Of a stretch of 64,000 nt of DNA, positions 27,797 to 37,245 are shown in pieces. Under the pieces are notes generated by a model, which was not told the DNA's origin, made no database searches, and saw only the letters and a list, made by a program, of their open reading frames with translations. The position numbers and the translations under genes were made by a program. Location: assembly GCA_965228895.1 (NCBI GenBank), contig OZ245842.1, forward strand, positions 1,888,001 to 1,952,000, given 5' to 3'. Source of the stretch: Alphaproteobacteria bacterium. GTDB taxonomy: Bacteria; Pseudomonadota; Alphaproteobacteria; SP197. The stretch's first letter is position 1, and the number at the start of each line of letters is the position of its first letter.

Positions 27797-30565
27797 TTAC
27801 TCCGCCGCCTCGGCGATGGCGGCCTTTTCAACGCGTGCGGCGCAGAACTTGAACTCCGGGATCTTGCCGTAGGGGTCAAGCGCCGGGTTGGTCAGCGTGT
27901 TGGCGGCGGCTTCGGCATAGCAAAAGGGCACGAAGATCATGCCCGGCTGAATGCCGGCGTCGAGACGCGCCTTGGCCTCGATCGTGCCGCGCCGCGTCGA
28001 GATGCGGATCGGTTCACCGGGCGCCACGCCGAGGCGTTCCATGTCGACTGGCGCCATGGTGGCGATGGCTTCGGGTTCCAGCGAGTCCAGATAGGTCGCG
28101 CGCCGTGTCATGGCCCCGGTGTGCCAGTGCTCCAACTGGCGTCCGGTTGTCAGCACCATCGGATATTCGGCGTCCGGCAATTCGTCAGGTGAGACGATGT
28201 TCGCCGGCACCATTTTGCCGCGGCCCGTGGGTGTTGGGTACTCCTCGGAGAAGACGATCGGCTGGCCGGGATCGTCTTCGGAAAGGCAGGGGTAGATGAC
28301 CGCGTCCTCGCGCTCCAGGCGCTCCCACGTAATGCCGGTGATCGAGTGCATGGAACGGCGCATCTCGTCATAGACTTCGGCGATGTGCTCGTAGCGCCAG
28401 TCGAGGCCTATGCCGCGCGCAATCTCCTGGATGATTTCCCAATCCTGACGCGCTTCGCCGGGCATCTCGACGGCCTTGCGGCCGCGCTGCACCTGGCGGT
28501 TGGTGTTGGTGACCGTGCCGTCCTTTTCCGGCCAGGCGCTTGCCGGCAGGACCACGTCGGCATGCATGGCGGTCTCGGTCAGGAAGAGATCCTGGACAAC
28601 CAGCATATCGAGCTTGGCGAGCGCGTCTCGCGCGTGGTTCGCGTTGGGGTCCGACATCGCTGGGTTTTCGCCCATGATGTACATGCCCTTGATCTTGTCG
28701 GCATGGATCGCGTTCATGATCTCGACCACGGTCAGGCCCGGCTCCTTGTCCAGGACCGCGCCCCAGAACTCGCTGAACTTGTCGTGGACTTCCTGGTTGG
28801 AGACAGGCTGGTAGTCCGGATAGACCATCGGAATCAGACCGGCGTCTGATGCGCCCTGCACGTTGTTCTGGCCGCGCAGGGGGTGCAGGCCGCTGCCGGG
28901 CCGCCCTGTCTGGCCGCACATCAGCGCCAGCGCGATCAGGCAACGTGAGTTGTCGGTGCCGTGGATGTGCTGGCTGATGCCCATGCCCCAGAAGATCATC
29001 GCGCGCTCGGCCGTGCCGTACGTCCGCGCGACGTCGATCAAGGTATCGGCAGGAATGCCGCAGACCTCTTCCATGGCTCCCGGCGTGTAGTCCTCAAGGT
29101 GTTCCTTGAGTGCCTCGAACCCTTCGGTCATGCCCTGGATGTATTGCTCGTCATAGAGCTTTTCTTTCACGATGACATGCATGATCGCGTTCAGCATGGC
29201 GACGTCGGCGCCGGGCTTGAACTGCAGCATGTGGGTCGCGTGCTTGCGCAGTGCCTGGCCGCGCGGGTCCATGACGATCAGCTTGGCGCCATCCTTGACC
29301 GCCTGCTTAAAGAAGGTCGCGGCGACCGGATGATTCTCCGTCGGGTTGGCGCCGATGACGATAAAGACGTCAGACTTCATGGCTTCGGTGAACGGCGCCG
29401 TCACCGCGCCCGAGCCGATGGTCTCCATCAATGCGGCAACGGAACTGGCGTGACACAGCCGCGTGCAGTGGTCGACATTGTTGGTGCCGAAGCCGGTGCG
29501 CACGACTTTTTGGAAGAGATAAGCCTCTTCATTCGAACCTTTGGCCGAACCGAAACCGGCAAGCGCGTTGCCGCCGTTCTCGTCGATGATCTTCTTCAAT
29601 CCACCGGTCGCTTTTTCGAGGGCTTCTTCCCAAGTCGCCTCGCGGAAGTGGGTGAAAGGGTTGGCCGGGTCGATATCGATGTCGCCGCTCTTCGGCGCGT
29701 CGTCCAGGCGGATCAGCGGCTTGGTCAGCCGGTCCTCGTGTGTGATGTAGTCGAAGCCGAAGCGGCCCTTCACACAAAGTCGGCCGTGGTTCGACGGGCC
29801 CTCCTTGCCCTTGACGGCGACGATACGGTTGTCCTCGATCTGATAGGTCAGTTGGCAGCCGACACCGCAATAGGGGCAGACGCTATCGACTTCCTTTTTC
29901 GGTTTGGCTTTGCCGACGCCCTTGGCATCGACCATGGTCGCCGGCATCAGCGCGCCGGTCGGACAGGATTGCACGCACTCGCCACAGGCGACGCAGGTGG
30001 ACTCGCCCATGGGGTCGTCGAAGTCGAAGACAATCTTGGCGTGATTGCCGCGATAGGCCATGCCGATGACATCGTTGACCTGGATCTCGCGGCAAGCGCG
30101 AACGCAGCGGGTGCAGTGGATGCAGGCATCCAGATTGACCGCCATGGCCGGATGGCTGAAATCAGCGAGCGGTGTGCCGCGCGCCGGGAAGCGGCTGCCG
30201 TCCATGCCCAGTTCATCGGCCCAGTGCCAGAGTTCGGACTCCTGACTGTGCGCTTCGTCGCGTTCGGGCTGGTCGGCGACCAGCAGTTCCAAGACCATGT
30301 TGCGCGACGCCTCGGCACGTTCGGAACCCGTCTTGACCACCATGCCGTCGGCGGGTTCGCGAATGCATGAAGCCGCCAGCGTGCGTTCGCCCTCGATCTC
30401 GACCATGCACAGGCGGCAATTGCCGTCGGCGCGGTAGTCGGCCATCTCGGTGTAGCAGAGATGCGGGATTGTTTTGCCGTGGCGCTTGGCGACCTGCCAG
30501 ATGGTTTCGCCGGGCGCGGCGGTAACATCGTCGCCGTCGAGGTTGAAGGTGATCGGATCGCTCAC
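27797..30565 (-). CDS. fdhF: NAD-dependent formate dehydrogenase alpha subunit (Mo/W-bis-PGD)
   Basis: N-terminal [2Fe-2S] and 2x[4Fe-4S] motifs, CPYCGVGC, CVKG, active-site CTRLCHA, RGQNNVQG and PEFK. Confidence 0.95.
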   Translation of the reverse strand: MSDPITFNLDGDDVTAAPGETIWQVAKRHGKTIPHLCYTEMADYRADGNCRLCMVEIEGERTLAASCIREPADGMVVKTGSERAEASRNMVLELLVADQPERDEAHSQESELWHWADELGMDGSRFPARGTPLADFSHPAMAVNLDACIHCTRCVRACREIQVNDVIGMAYRGNHAKIVFDFDDPMGESTCVACGECVQSCPTGALMPATMVDAKGVGKAKPKKEVDSVCPYCGVGCQLTYQIEDNRIVAVKGKEGPSNHGRLCVKGRFGFDYITHEDRLTKPLIRLDDAPKSGDIDIDPANPFTHFREATWEEALEKATGGLKKIIDENGGNALAGFGSAKGSNEEAYLFQKVVRTGFGTNNVDHCTRLCHASSVAALMETIGSGAVTAPFTEAMKSDVFIVIGANPTENHPVAATFFKQAVKDGAKLIVMDPRGQALRKHATHMLQFKPGADVAMLNAIMHVIVKEKLYDEQYIQGMTEGFEALKEHLEDYTPGAMEEVCGIPADTLIDVARTYGTAERAMIFWGMGISQHIHGTDNSRCLIALALMCGQTGRPGSGLHPLRGQNNVQGASDAGLIPMVYPDYQPVSNQEVHDKFSEFWGAVLDKEPGLTVVEIMNAIHADKIKGMYIMGENPAMSDPNANHARDALAKLDMLVVQDLFLTETAMHADVVLPASAWPEKDGTVTNTNRQVQRGRKAVEMPGEARQDWEIIQEIARGIGLDWRYEHIAEVYDEMRRSMHSITGITWERLEREDAVIYPCLSEDDPGQPIVFSEEYPTPTGRGKMVPANIVSPDELPDAEYPMVLTTGRQLEHWHTGAMTRRATYLDSLEPEAIATMAPVDMERLGVAPGEPIRISTRRGTIEAKARLDAGIQPGMIFVPFCYAEAAANTLTNPALDPYGKIPEFKFCAARVEKAAIAEAAE

Positions 30566-32265
30566 GATACGTCCTCCGGAAAATACTTCATCACCGTCAA
30601 GATGGGGTTGGGCGCGGCCTGGCCCAAGCCGCAGATCGACGCGTCAATCATGGTCGATGAGAGCTGATCGAGCAGATCCTTGTCCCACGCACCGCCGGAC
30701 ATCAGTTTGACCGCCTTTTCGCAGCCGACACGGCACGGCGTGCATTGGCCACAGCTTTCGTCCTCGAAGAACTTCATCAGGTTTATCGCGGCGTCCTTCA
30801 TGCTGTCCTTGTCGGACAGAATGACGATGGCGGCCGACCCGATCAGCGCGCCGTGGGGCTGCAAGGTGTCGAAGTCGAGTGGCACGTCGCCCAGCGAGAC
30901 CGGCAGGATGCCGCCTGACGCGCCGCCGGGCAGGTAACCTTTGAAGGTGTGACCGTCGGCCATGCCACCACAAAACTCGTCAATCAGTTCCTTCACCGTG
31001 ATGCCGGCGGGTGCCAGCTTGACGCCCGGCTCCTTGACGCGGCCGGACACCGAGAAGCTGCGCAGACCGACGCGGTCGTGGCGTCCGTGCTGCGTGAAAC
31101 TCTCAGGGCCGTTGTTCAAGATATCGGTGACCCAATAGAGCGTCTCGACGTTGTGAACCAGGGTCGGCTGGCCGAAGATGCCGATCTTGGCGACAAACGG
31201 CGGACGGTGACGCGGCAGGCCGCGCTTGCCCTCGATCGATTCGATCATCGCGGATTCTTCGCCGCAGATGTAAGCGCCGGCGCCGCGTCTGAGATGGATC
31301 TTGGTCCGCCGGTCCAGGCCGGCGTCGCGCACCTTCTGAAGTTCCTTTTCCAGGATCTCCAGCACGGCTGGATACTCGTCGCGCATGTAGATATAGACCG
31401 CCTCGGCCTCGACGACCCACGCGGCGATCAACATGCCTTCGATAAACTTGTGGGGTTCACGTTCGAGGTAATAGCGGTCCTTGAACGTGCCGGGTTCGCC
31501 CTCATCGCCGTTGACCGCCATCAGACGCGGCGTCGTTTCCATGCGTACGAACTTCCACTTGCGCCCCGCCGGGAAGCCGGCGCCGCCCAGGCCGCGCAGG
31601 TTCGATGCTTCCATGGTGGCGATCAGATCGTCGGGCTCGTGTTTGCCGGCCAGCACATCGCGCAAAAACGTGTAGCCGCCATCGGCAACGTAGGCGTCGT
31701 AATCCTGGTAGTCGGGGATCGGCGCATCGAGATCACCGACGGTGACGACGGCTTCGATCTTTTCCTTGTCGGCATGATCGATATCGTTGCGGCCGACCTT
31801 GGCGACCGGTGCCGTATCGCAGCGGCCCATGCACGGCGCGCGCACAACCCGAACATCCGGGCCGAGCTTGCCGTCGAGCGCGTCGATCAGGGCGTCGGCC
31901 CCCATCATTTCGCAGGTCAGGCTGTCGCAGACGCGGATGGTGATTGGCGCGGGCGGCGTCTCGCCTTCCTTCACCACGTCGAAGTGGTGGTAGAACGTCG
32001 CGACCTCATAGGCTTCGGCCATGGGGATGCGCATCAGTTCGGCGAGCGCCTGCAGGTGACGCGCGGAGATGTGTTTGTAGCGATCCTGGATCAGATGCAG
32101 GTACTCGATCAGCAGATCGCGGTCGCGTGGCCGCCCGTCGAGCAGGGCGTCGATCTCGGCCAGCGCCGTCAGCTCCGGCTGGCGGCCCTTCGCCGTTGTG
32201 CGGGTCTTGCGTTTGCCGGCGCCGGGGTGGCGTCGTCGTTTTAGTTCGCCGGTAGCGGTCGTCAT
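30562..32265 (-). CDS. Formate dehydrogenase beta/diaphorase subunit (NuoE-NuoF fusion)
   Basis: ATFYHHF...CDSLTC...CMGRC ([2Fe-2S]), LRGLGGAGFP, DEGEPGTFKD, GAYICGEE and ESCGQCTPCR; 4-nt overlap with the alpha subunit. Confidence 0.93.
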   Translation of the reverse strand: MTTATGELKRRRHPGAGKRKTRTTAKGRQPELTALAEIDALLDGRPRDRDLLIEYLHLIQDRYKHISARHLQALAELMRIPMAEAYEVATFYHHFDVVKEGETPPAPITIRVCDSLTCEMMGADALIDALDGKLGPDVRVVRAPCMGRCDTAPVAKVGRNDIDHADKEKIEAVVTVGDLDAPIPDYQDYDAYVADGGYTFLRDVLAGKHEPDDLIATMEASNLRGLGGAGFPAGRKWKFVRMETTPRLMAVNGDEGEPGTFKDRYYLEREPHKFIEGMLIAAWVVEAEAVYIYMRDEYPAVLEILEKELQKVRDAGLDRRTKIHLRRGAGAYICGEESAMIESIEGKRGLPRHRPPFVAKIGIFGQPTLVHNVETLYWVTDILNNGPESFTQHGRHDRVGLRSFSVSGRVKEPGVKLAPAGITVKELIDEFCGGMADGHTFKGYLPGGASGGILPVSLGDVPLDFDTLQPHGALIGSAAIVILSDKDSMKDAAINLMKFFEDESCGQCTPCRVGCEKAVKLMSGGAWDKDLLDQLSSTMIDASICGLGQAAPNPILTVMKYFPEDVS

Positions 32266-32473
32266 CGACCTCACTCGTTACGTCATGATGATGCGCCAGA
32301 TGGCAACGTGGCCGGGCTGGCGCCCGATACAGACTGCATGTCTCGCGCCGAGGCAATCGGAAACATGGTCTCTGCGTTCTTCCAACCAATAACAGACCAA
32401 TTTTCGCCTCAAACCATACGAAAACGAGGCGAATTGGCACCGAAAATCCGGCGGGAACGTGCCAGACGGAAAG

Positions 32474-32656
32474 TCAAAAGTCACGCTCCGTCGCGACAAT
32501 CTGAAGCGTCACGATGTCGCTATTGATCAAGCGCTTGCCGGCGTTCTCGAAATTGACCGTGACCCGCGCGCCGATCACGCTCTGCACTTGGCCGATACCC
32601 CAGTCCGGCTCCGCCGGATGGCGGACCAACGTACCGGGAGCGATCAGGTCGCCCAT
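32474..32656 (-). CDS. DUF3553 family small protein
   Basis: PG..VRHP..PDWG.GQVQS......TVNFENAGK signature; GGAG RBS; divergent from chpT. Confidence 0.85.
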   Translation of the reverse strand: MGDLIAPGTLVRHPAEPDWGIGQVQSVIGARVTVNFENAGKRLINSDIVTLQIVATERDF

Positions 32657-32770
32657 CGTCCTGTCTCCGCTGCTTGAGATCGATGCCATGGTCGCCGTGG
32701 TGTGCCCTGTGGCACAATCGATTCTTCGGGTAAGCGCGACGACGCAAGCAGTACCGGGGAGGGGACGTCC

Positions 32771-33361
32771 ATGATCGATGGGGAAGCACTCAGACTTTCC
32801 GCGCTGCTGTGCTCGCGGCTGACCCATGATCTCGCCGGCCCCGCCGGCGCCATCGCCAATGGTTTGGAGCTTGTCCAGCAGCTACCGGATGGTGACGCCG
32901 CCGAGCTGATTGGGGCCGCGAGCGAACAGCTGAAGCATCGCCTGGCCTTTCTGCGGCGCGCCTACGGTACCGGCCAGAGCCTAGATTGGCAGGAGGCCCG
33001 GCAGATTACCGAGAGCTATCTTGCCGGGGGGCGGCACCAACTTGATTGGCCGGAAGAAGCAACAGCGGATCTCGACCCAGCGTGGCCGCGTCTGGTCCTC
33101 AATATGATCCAGTGCGCGGTCGAGACCACACCGGCCGGTGGGACCATTGCGCTTCAACCATCTGCCCGGCCGACGATCGCCGCGCTGGGCGACGTCGCCG
33201 AGCAGCCGATCTTGGCAGGTGGTACCGTGCTGGAAGATTTGACGCCGCGCCAGATACAGCCGGTGTTCACCGCTTATCTGGCGACCTCGCTTGATCTTGA
33301 TCTTGATCTCGAAATGAAAGGGCCGGCGCATGCCGTCTGGCATGCCCGGCCCTTCGCTTAA
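32771..33361 (+). CDS. chpT: Histidine phosphotransferase ChpT
   Basis: LLCSRLTHDLAGPAGAIANGLEL, RLAFLR.AYG and LTPRQIQP motifs. Confidence 0.9.
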   Translation: MIDGEALRLSALLCSRLTHDLAGPAGAIANGLELVQQLPDGDAAELIGAASEQLKHRLAFLRRAYGTGQSLDWQEARQITESYLAGGRHQLDWPEEATADLDPAWPRLVLNMIQCAVETTPAGGTIALQPSARPTIAALGDVAEQPILAGGTVLEDLTPRQIQPVFTAYLATSLDLDLDLEMKGPAHAVWHARPFA

Positions 33362-33376
33362 GCTTACAATGCGCGG

Positions 33377-34084
33377 TCAGCTTGCCTTGCGTTCGACGTG
33401 AGCGCCGGGCTCCGGCTCGCGAAGCGAATAGCCGCGGCCCCAATCGGTCTCGATATAGTGGTCGCCACCGGTCGCTTTGGCGATCTTGCGGCGCAATTTG
33501 CAGACGAAGACGTCAATGATCTTCAGTTCCGGCTCGTCGACACCGTTGTAAAGGTGAGTCAGGAACTGGTCTTTGGTGACCGTCGTGCCCTTGCGCAGCG
33601 CCAGAAGCTCGAGAACACCGAACTCCTTGCCGGTCAGTGACACGGGCGTGCCGTCGACTTCGGCGCGACGGTCGGTCATCTTGACCTTCAACCGTCCGAC
33701 CTCGACCTCGGATTGGGCGTGGCCCTCCGAGCGTCTGACGATCGCGTGAATGCGCGCGACAAGTTCCTCGCGGTCGAACGGTTTGGTCAGATAGTCGTCG
33801 GCGCCTTGGCCCAGACCCCGAACCTTGTGGTCCAGCTCGGCGAGCCCCGACAGCATCAGGACCGGCGTGCTGACCCGGGCGTCGCGCAGTTGACGCAACA
33901 CGCCGTGCCCCTCAACGTCCGGCAGCATGATATCCAAGATGATCAACGAATAATCGTAGGATCGCGCCAGCCCAAGGCCTTCCTCGCCGGTCGCGGCGAC
34001 GTCGACGGCGCACCCCTCCGCCTCCAGGATCCGGCGGACGGTTTCAGCCTCAAGTTCGCTGTCTTCAATCAGAAGCAGTCGCAT
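33377..34084 (-). CDS. ctrA: Cell-cycle response regulator CtrA (diverged)
   Basis: GEEG..L...YDY, RRS.GHAQS, LTGKE, LRKGTT, DEPELKIIDVF.CKLR and WGRGY motifs. Confidence 0.92.
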   Translation of the reverse strand: MRLLLIEDSELEAETVRRILEAEGCAVDVAATGEEGLGLARSYDYSLIILDIMLPDVEGHGVLRQLRDARVSTPVLMLSGLAELDHKVRGLGQGADDYLTKPFDREELVARIHAIVRRSEGHAQSEVEVGRLKVKMTDRRAEVDGTPVSLTGKEFGVLELLALRKGTTVTKDQFLTHLYNGVDEPELKIIDVFVCKLRRKIAKATGGDHYIETDWGRGYSLREPEPGAHVERKAS

Positions 34085-34112
34085 ATCTCAGTTCCCGACT
34101 CTGTGGGACAAG

Positions 34113-34128
34113 TTTACGGGAAGTTAAC
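34113..34128. promoter_or_regulatory. Putative CtrA box upstream of ctrA (autoregulation)
   Basis: TTTA-cgggaag-TTAAC, one mismatch from TTAA-N7-TTAAC. GANTC sites at 34097 and 34228 lie in the same intergenic region. Confidence 0.6.
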
Positions 34129-34299
34129 CCTTTCCAGCAAAAGCGATCGCGACGAGGTGTGACGGTCATCAACCGATTTCCCCCGATTTGTGACATTTGC
34201 TGGCAACCCCCTTCAGAGGGGCTTGCGGAATCCCCTGCTTCCGACCTATAAGCGCGCCCGCAATCAAGGCTTTGCAACAACATCCACCAAGAGGGGTGC

Positions 34300-34722
34300 A
34301 TGGCCACCGAACTAGAACTCCCTGATGGTTACCGACCCACCAAGAGAGAGCCGTTCATGAACCCTGTTCAGAAGGAGTATTTCAGGAGAAAACTCCTCAA
34401 TTGGCGGGAAGAACTGCTCAAAGATTCAACCGAAACCATACGTCACCTGCAAGAAGAAACGTCGCCTGAGCCGGACCTGGCCGACCGGGCGTCCACCGAG
34501 ACCGACCGGGCGATCGAGCTGAGAACCCGGGATCGCGAACGGAAACTCATTTCAAAAATTGATGCCGCGTTGCGCCGGATCGATGACGGAACCTACGGTT
34601 TCTGTGAGGAAACCGGGGAACCGATCAGCATCAAACGCCTGGAAGCCCGGCCGATTGCCACCTTGAGCCTGGAGGCCCAGGAACGGCATGAACGGCGCGA
34701 GCGCGTGTATCGCGACGACTAA
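34300..34722 (+). CDS. dksA: RNA polymerase-binding protein DksA
   Basis: FMN..Q.EYFR, DLADRAS.E, RTRDRERKLI.KID and GTYGFCEETGEPI motifs. Confidence 0.96.
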   Translation: MATELELPDGYRPTKREPFMNPVQKEYFRRKLLNWREELLKDSTETIRHLQEETSPEPDLADRASTETDRAIELRTRDRERKLISKIDAALRRIDDGTYGFCEETGEPISIKRLEARPIATLSLEAQERHERRERVYRDD

Positions 34723-34772
34723 GACAAAAAGAGCGTGCCGCCCCGCGTAACGCGGGCGAGAATGACCTGCTA

Positions 34773-34805
34773 GAGGGGTTCAGACGTCGTCCGGGTCCCT
34801 TTTTT
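34773..34805 (+). terminator. Probable intrinsic terminator after dksA
   Basis: GAGGGGTTCAGAC-gtc-GTCCGGGTCCCT followed by a T-run. Confidence 0.5.
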
Positions 34806-34997
34806 GTTGGTTTTGTCCACGCACGCGATCGTGTTGACGATCACCAACCAGCAAACGCATCGGGCTCGCGCGAAAGCGGTAAATTGGTTTATGATCCCGC
34901 CCTAAGGCGTTGAAGTAGGGTTGGATTCACGGTTCAAGGCCGATTGGCTGAAGTGTATTCGACCGGCTTTGATGCCCGGCATTTGGGGATCCCGGCC

Positions 34998-37088
34998 ATG
35001 GCCGATGCGAAGTTTGCGGCGCTTGAGGAGCGTGCCGACCGGCAACGCCGCCGCCGTCGCGCCGCCATCCAGATGGCCGTCGTCAACGGTCTGCTGTTCG
35101 TCCTGGGCGCGGGCGCGGCCTTTCTGGCGTTGCGATCGTCGTCCGGAGAAATGGTCGCGCTGGTTGCCGCCATCGTCGTGATCGCCCTTGGTATCGTCTC
35201 CGTCACCTTCATCGTGTTGAGCGGAAGGGCTCAGGCGCGCGCCTTGCCGGTCGATGTGCTGGATGCGGTGGTCGACGGTCCCGTCGGCCTGTTTCATCTG
35301 GATGAACGCGGCCAGATAACATTCATGAACTCGAGCCTTTGCGTCTGGCTCGAGGCCGATGACCGGGAAGATTTCGCCCGCGGATTGCTGCAACAAGCGC
35401 TGGACGAGGCGGATGGCGAGCCGCGCCTGGAGGTCAGAACGACGACCGGCCGCCTGGCCCGTCTGACGGTCAACATCATGGAGATCGACGGTGGCGGGCG
35501 AATCGGTCTGGTCTGGCGCCGCCACCCGTTCCCGGCCGCCGGTCTGATGGCGCCGCCTGAGACCCTGGCGCGCCATTTTGTCGATCTGCTGGATGAAACC
35601 CCACTTGGAGCGGCCGTCGTCGATTCGACCGGTCGCCTGGTGTGCGCCAACCCGTCTCTGGTGGCCATGCTGGGTGATCAGAACATCGAGGGCCGCTATC
35701 TCGCTGACTATGTCGCGGTTGAAGATCGTTGGGGCCTGATCCGTCTGCTGGCCGATGCCGCCCAGTCGGGCACACAGCGCGGTGGTATCGAGGTACGTTT
35801 GGCCAATGACGGCGAGCGCAGCACCACCATGTTGCTGACGCCGCTTCGCCAGCCGGGCAGTGCGGTGCGCGGCCTCCTGCTGCACGCGGTCGATACAACG
35901 GCAAAGCGCCATCTGGAACAGCAGTTCGAGCAATCCCAACGCTTGCAGGCGGTCGGCCAGTTGGCCGGCGGAATTGCCCACGACTTCAACAACATCCTGA
36001 CCGCGATCAAAGGGTTCTGTGACCTCCTGCTGCGGCGCCATCAGGCCGGCGATCCGTCATTTGGCGAAATCACCCATATCAAGCGGGAGGCGGACCGTGC
36101 GGCGGGCTTGGTGCGTCAATTGCTGACGTTCTCGCGTCGCCAAACGCCCCGGCCGCAAGTCCTTTCCCTGGATCGCACGATCGACGACCTGTCTCAGCTC
36201 TTGCGGCGCCTGATCGGCGAAGATGTGGTGCTGCATGTCGAAAGCGGCACCGGGCAAAACACGGTCCGGGCAGATCAGGGCCAACTGGAACAGATCATTA
36301 CCAACCTGGTCGTCAACGCGCGCGACGCCATGCCCCAAGGCGGGCGGATCCTGCTGCGGACATCGGAGGTCGAACTCAGGGAACCGCGGGTGATGGCCCA
36401 CGGCATGGCACCGGCCGGTCCATACATCTGCCTGGAAGTGGTTGACGAAGGTTGCGGCATCGACGATGCGGACCTGGCCAAGATCTTCGAGCCGTTCTTC
36501 ACCACCAAGGAGGTCGGCAAGGGCACCGGTCTGGGTTTGGCGACCGTTTATGGCGTGCTGCAGCAAAACGACGGCTATATCGATGTCGAGAGCGAGGTGG
36601 GGGCGGGCACCGTCTTCCGTGTCTACCTGCCGCGTGTCCGCGCCATCGGATTGACCGTGGAGCCGGTAGCCGATGGACCTGGCGACGACATCGTTGCTTC
36701 GGCGCCGGCGGACAAGGGAACCGTCCTGCTGGTCGAGGATGAGGACACGGTGCGCCGATTTGCGGTGAGGGCGCTCAGCGCCAACGGCTACAACGTGATG
36801 TCGGCAGAATCGCCGGCGGTGGCGATTGCGTTGCTGGACGGCTATCAGGGTCCGCTTGACCTTATTGTCAGCGATGTCGTCATGCCCGGCATGAGCGGGC
36901 CTGAGTTTGTCGCCGCCGTGACCAAACAACGGGGTCCGCTCAAGGTTATCTACATCTCCGGTTATGCCGAGGATGCGGTCGGGTCGGGCGCCATCGATGA
37001 CGCCGCCTTTCTCGCCAAACCTTTTGATTTGGCGCAGCTTTCCGCCAAAGTCGGCGAGGTCCTGGATCAGCAGGGCACGGCGGCCTGA
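34998..37088 (+). CDS. cckA: Hybrid sensor histidine kinase CckA (2TM-PAS-HisKA-HATPase-REC)
   Basis: [49 protein letters not shown] and SGYAED motifs; conserved position upstream of recA. Confidence 0.9.
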   Translation: MADAKFAALEERADRQRRRRRAAIQMAVVNGLLFVLGAGAAFLALRSSSGEMVALVAAIVVIALGIVSVTFIVLSGRAQARALPVDVLDAVVDGPVGLFHLDERGQITFMNSSLCVWLEADDREDFARGLLQQALDEADGEPRLEVRTTTGRLARLTVNIMEIDGGGRIGLVWRRHPFPAAGLMAPPETLARHFVDLLDETPLGAAVVDSTGRLVCANPSLVAMLGDQNIEGRYLADYVAVEDRWGLIRLLADAAQSGTQRGGIEVRLANDGERSTTMLLTPLRQPGSAVRGLLLHAVDTTAKRHLEQQFEQSQRLQAVGQLAGGIAHDFNNILTAIKGFCDLLLRRHQAGDPSFGEITHIKREADRAAGLVRQLLTFSRRQTPRPQVLSLDRTIDDLSQLLRRLIGEDVVLHVESGTGQNTVRADQGQLEQIITNLVVNARDAMPQGGRILLRTSEVELREPRVMAHGMAPAGPYICLEVVDEGCGIDDADLAKIFEPFFTTKEVGKGTGLGLATVYGVLQQNDGYIDVESEVGAGTVFRVYLPRVRAIGLTVEPVADGPGDDIVASAPADKGTVLLVEDEDTVRRFAVRALSANGYNVMSAESPAVAIALLDGYQGPLDLIVSDVVMPGMSGPEFVAAVTKQRGPLKVIYISGYAEDAVGSGAIDDAAFLAKPFDLAQLSAKVGEVLDQQGTAA

Positions 37089-37152
37089 CCCCATCCGCGC
37101 CAACGGCTCGTTAACCATTTCTTCCTCGACGTTGTTCTAATTTCCATGGTTT

Positions 37153-37193
37153 GTTCTATTTTGGTTCTTGCCAACTGAGAACAAAGACGGTAC
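37153..37193. promoter_or_regulatory. Two alphaproteobacterial LexA boxes upstream of recA
   Basis: GTTC-tattttg-GTTC (37153-37167) and GAAC-aaagacg-GTAC (37179-37193). Confidence 0.85.
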
Positions 37194-37245
37194 TAGGATG
37201 TTTCATTGCGTCGCCCCCGACGCCTGTGGAATAAGGAGACCGTCG

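Noticed and set aside
28961-30370. Long antisense ORFs (also 1454-2611, 17544-18641, 30949-32244, 34902-36041, 41335-42813 and 60447-61667)
   Set aside because: Shadow frames of well-supported genes, expected from high-GC codon bias, with no motifs of their own.
27797-30565. Selenocysteine recoding in FDH
   Set aside because: The ORF is uninterrupted and the active-site residue is Cys (RLCHA).
34300-34722. DksA lacking the four-Cys zinc finger as a novelty
   Set aside because: Single-Cys, zinc-independent DksA is the known alphaproteobacterial form.
37168-37245. N-terminally extended RecA
   Set aside because: The region overlaps the LexA box and promoter, and a strong AAGGAG RBS precedes ATG 37246.
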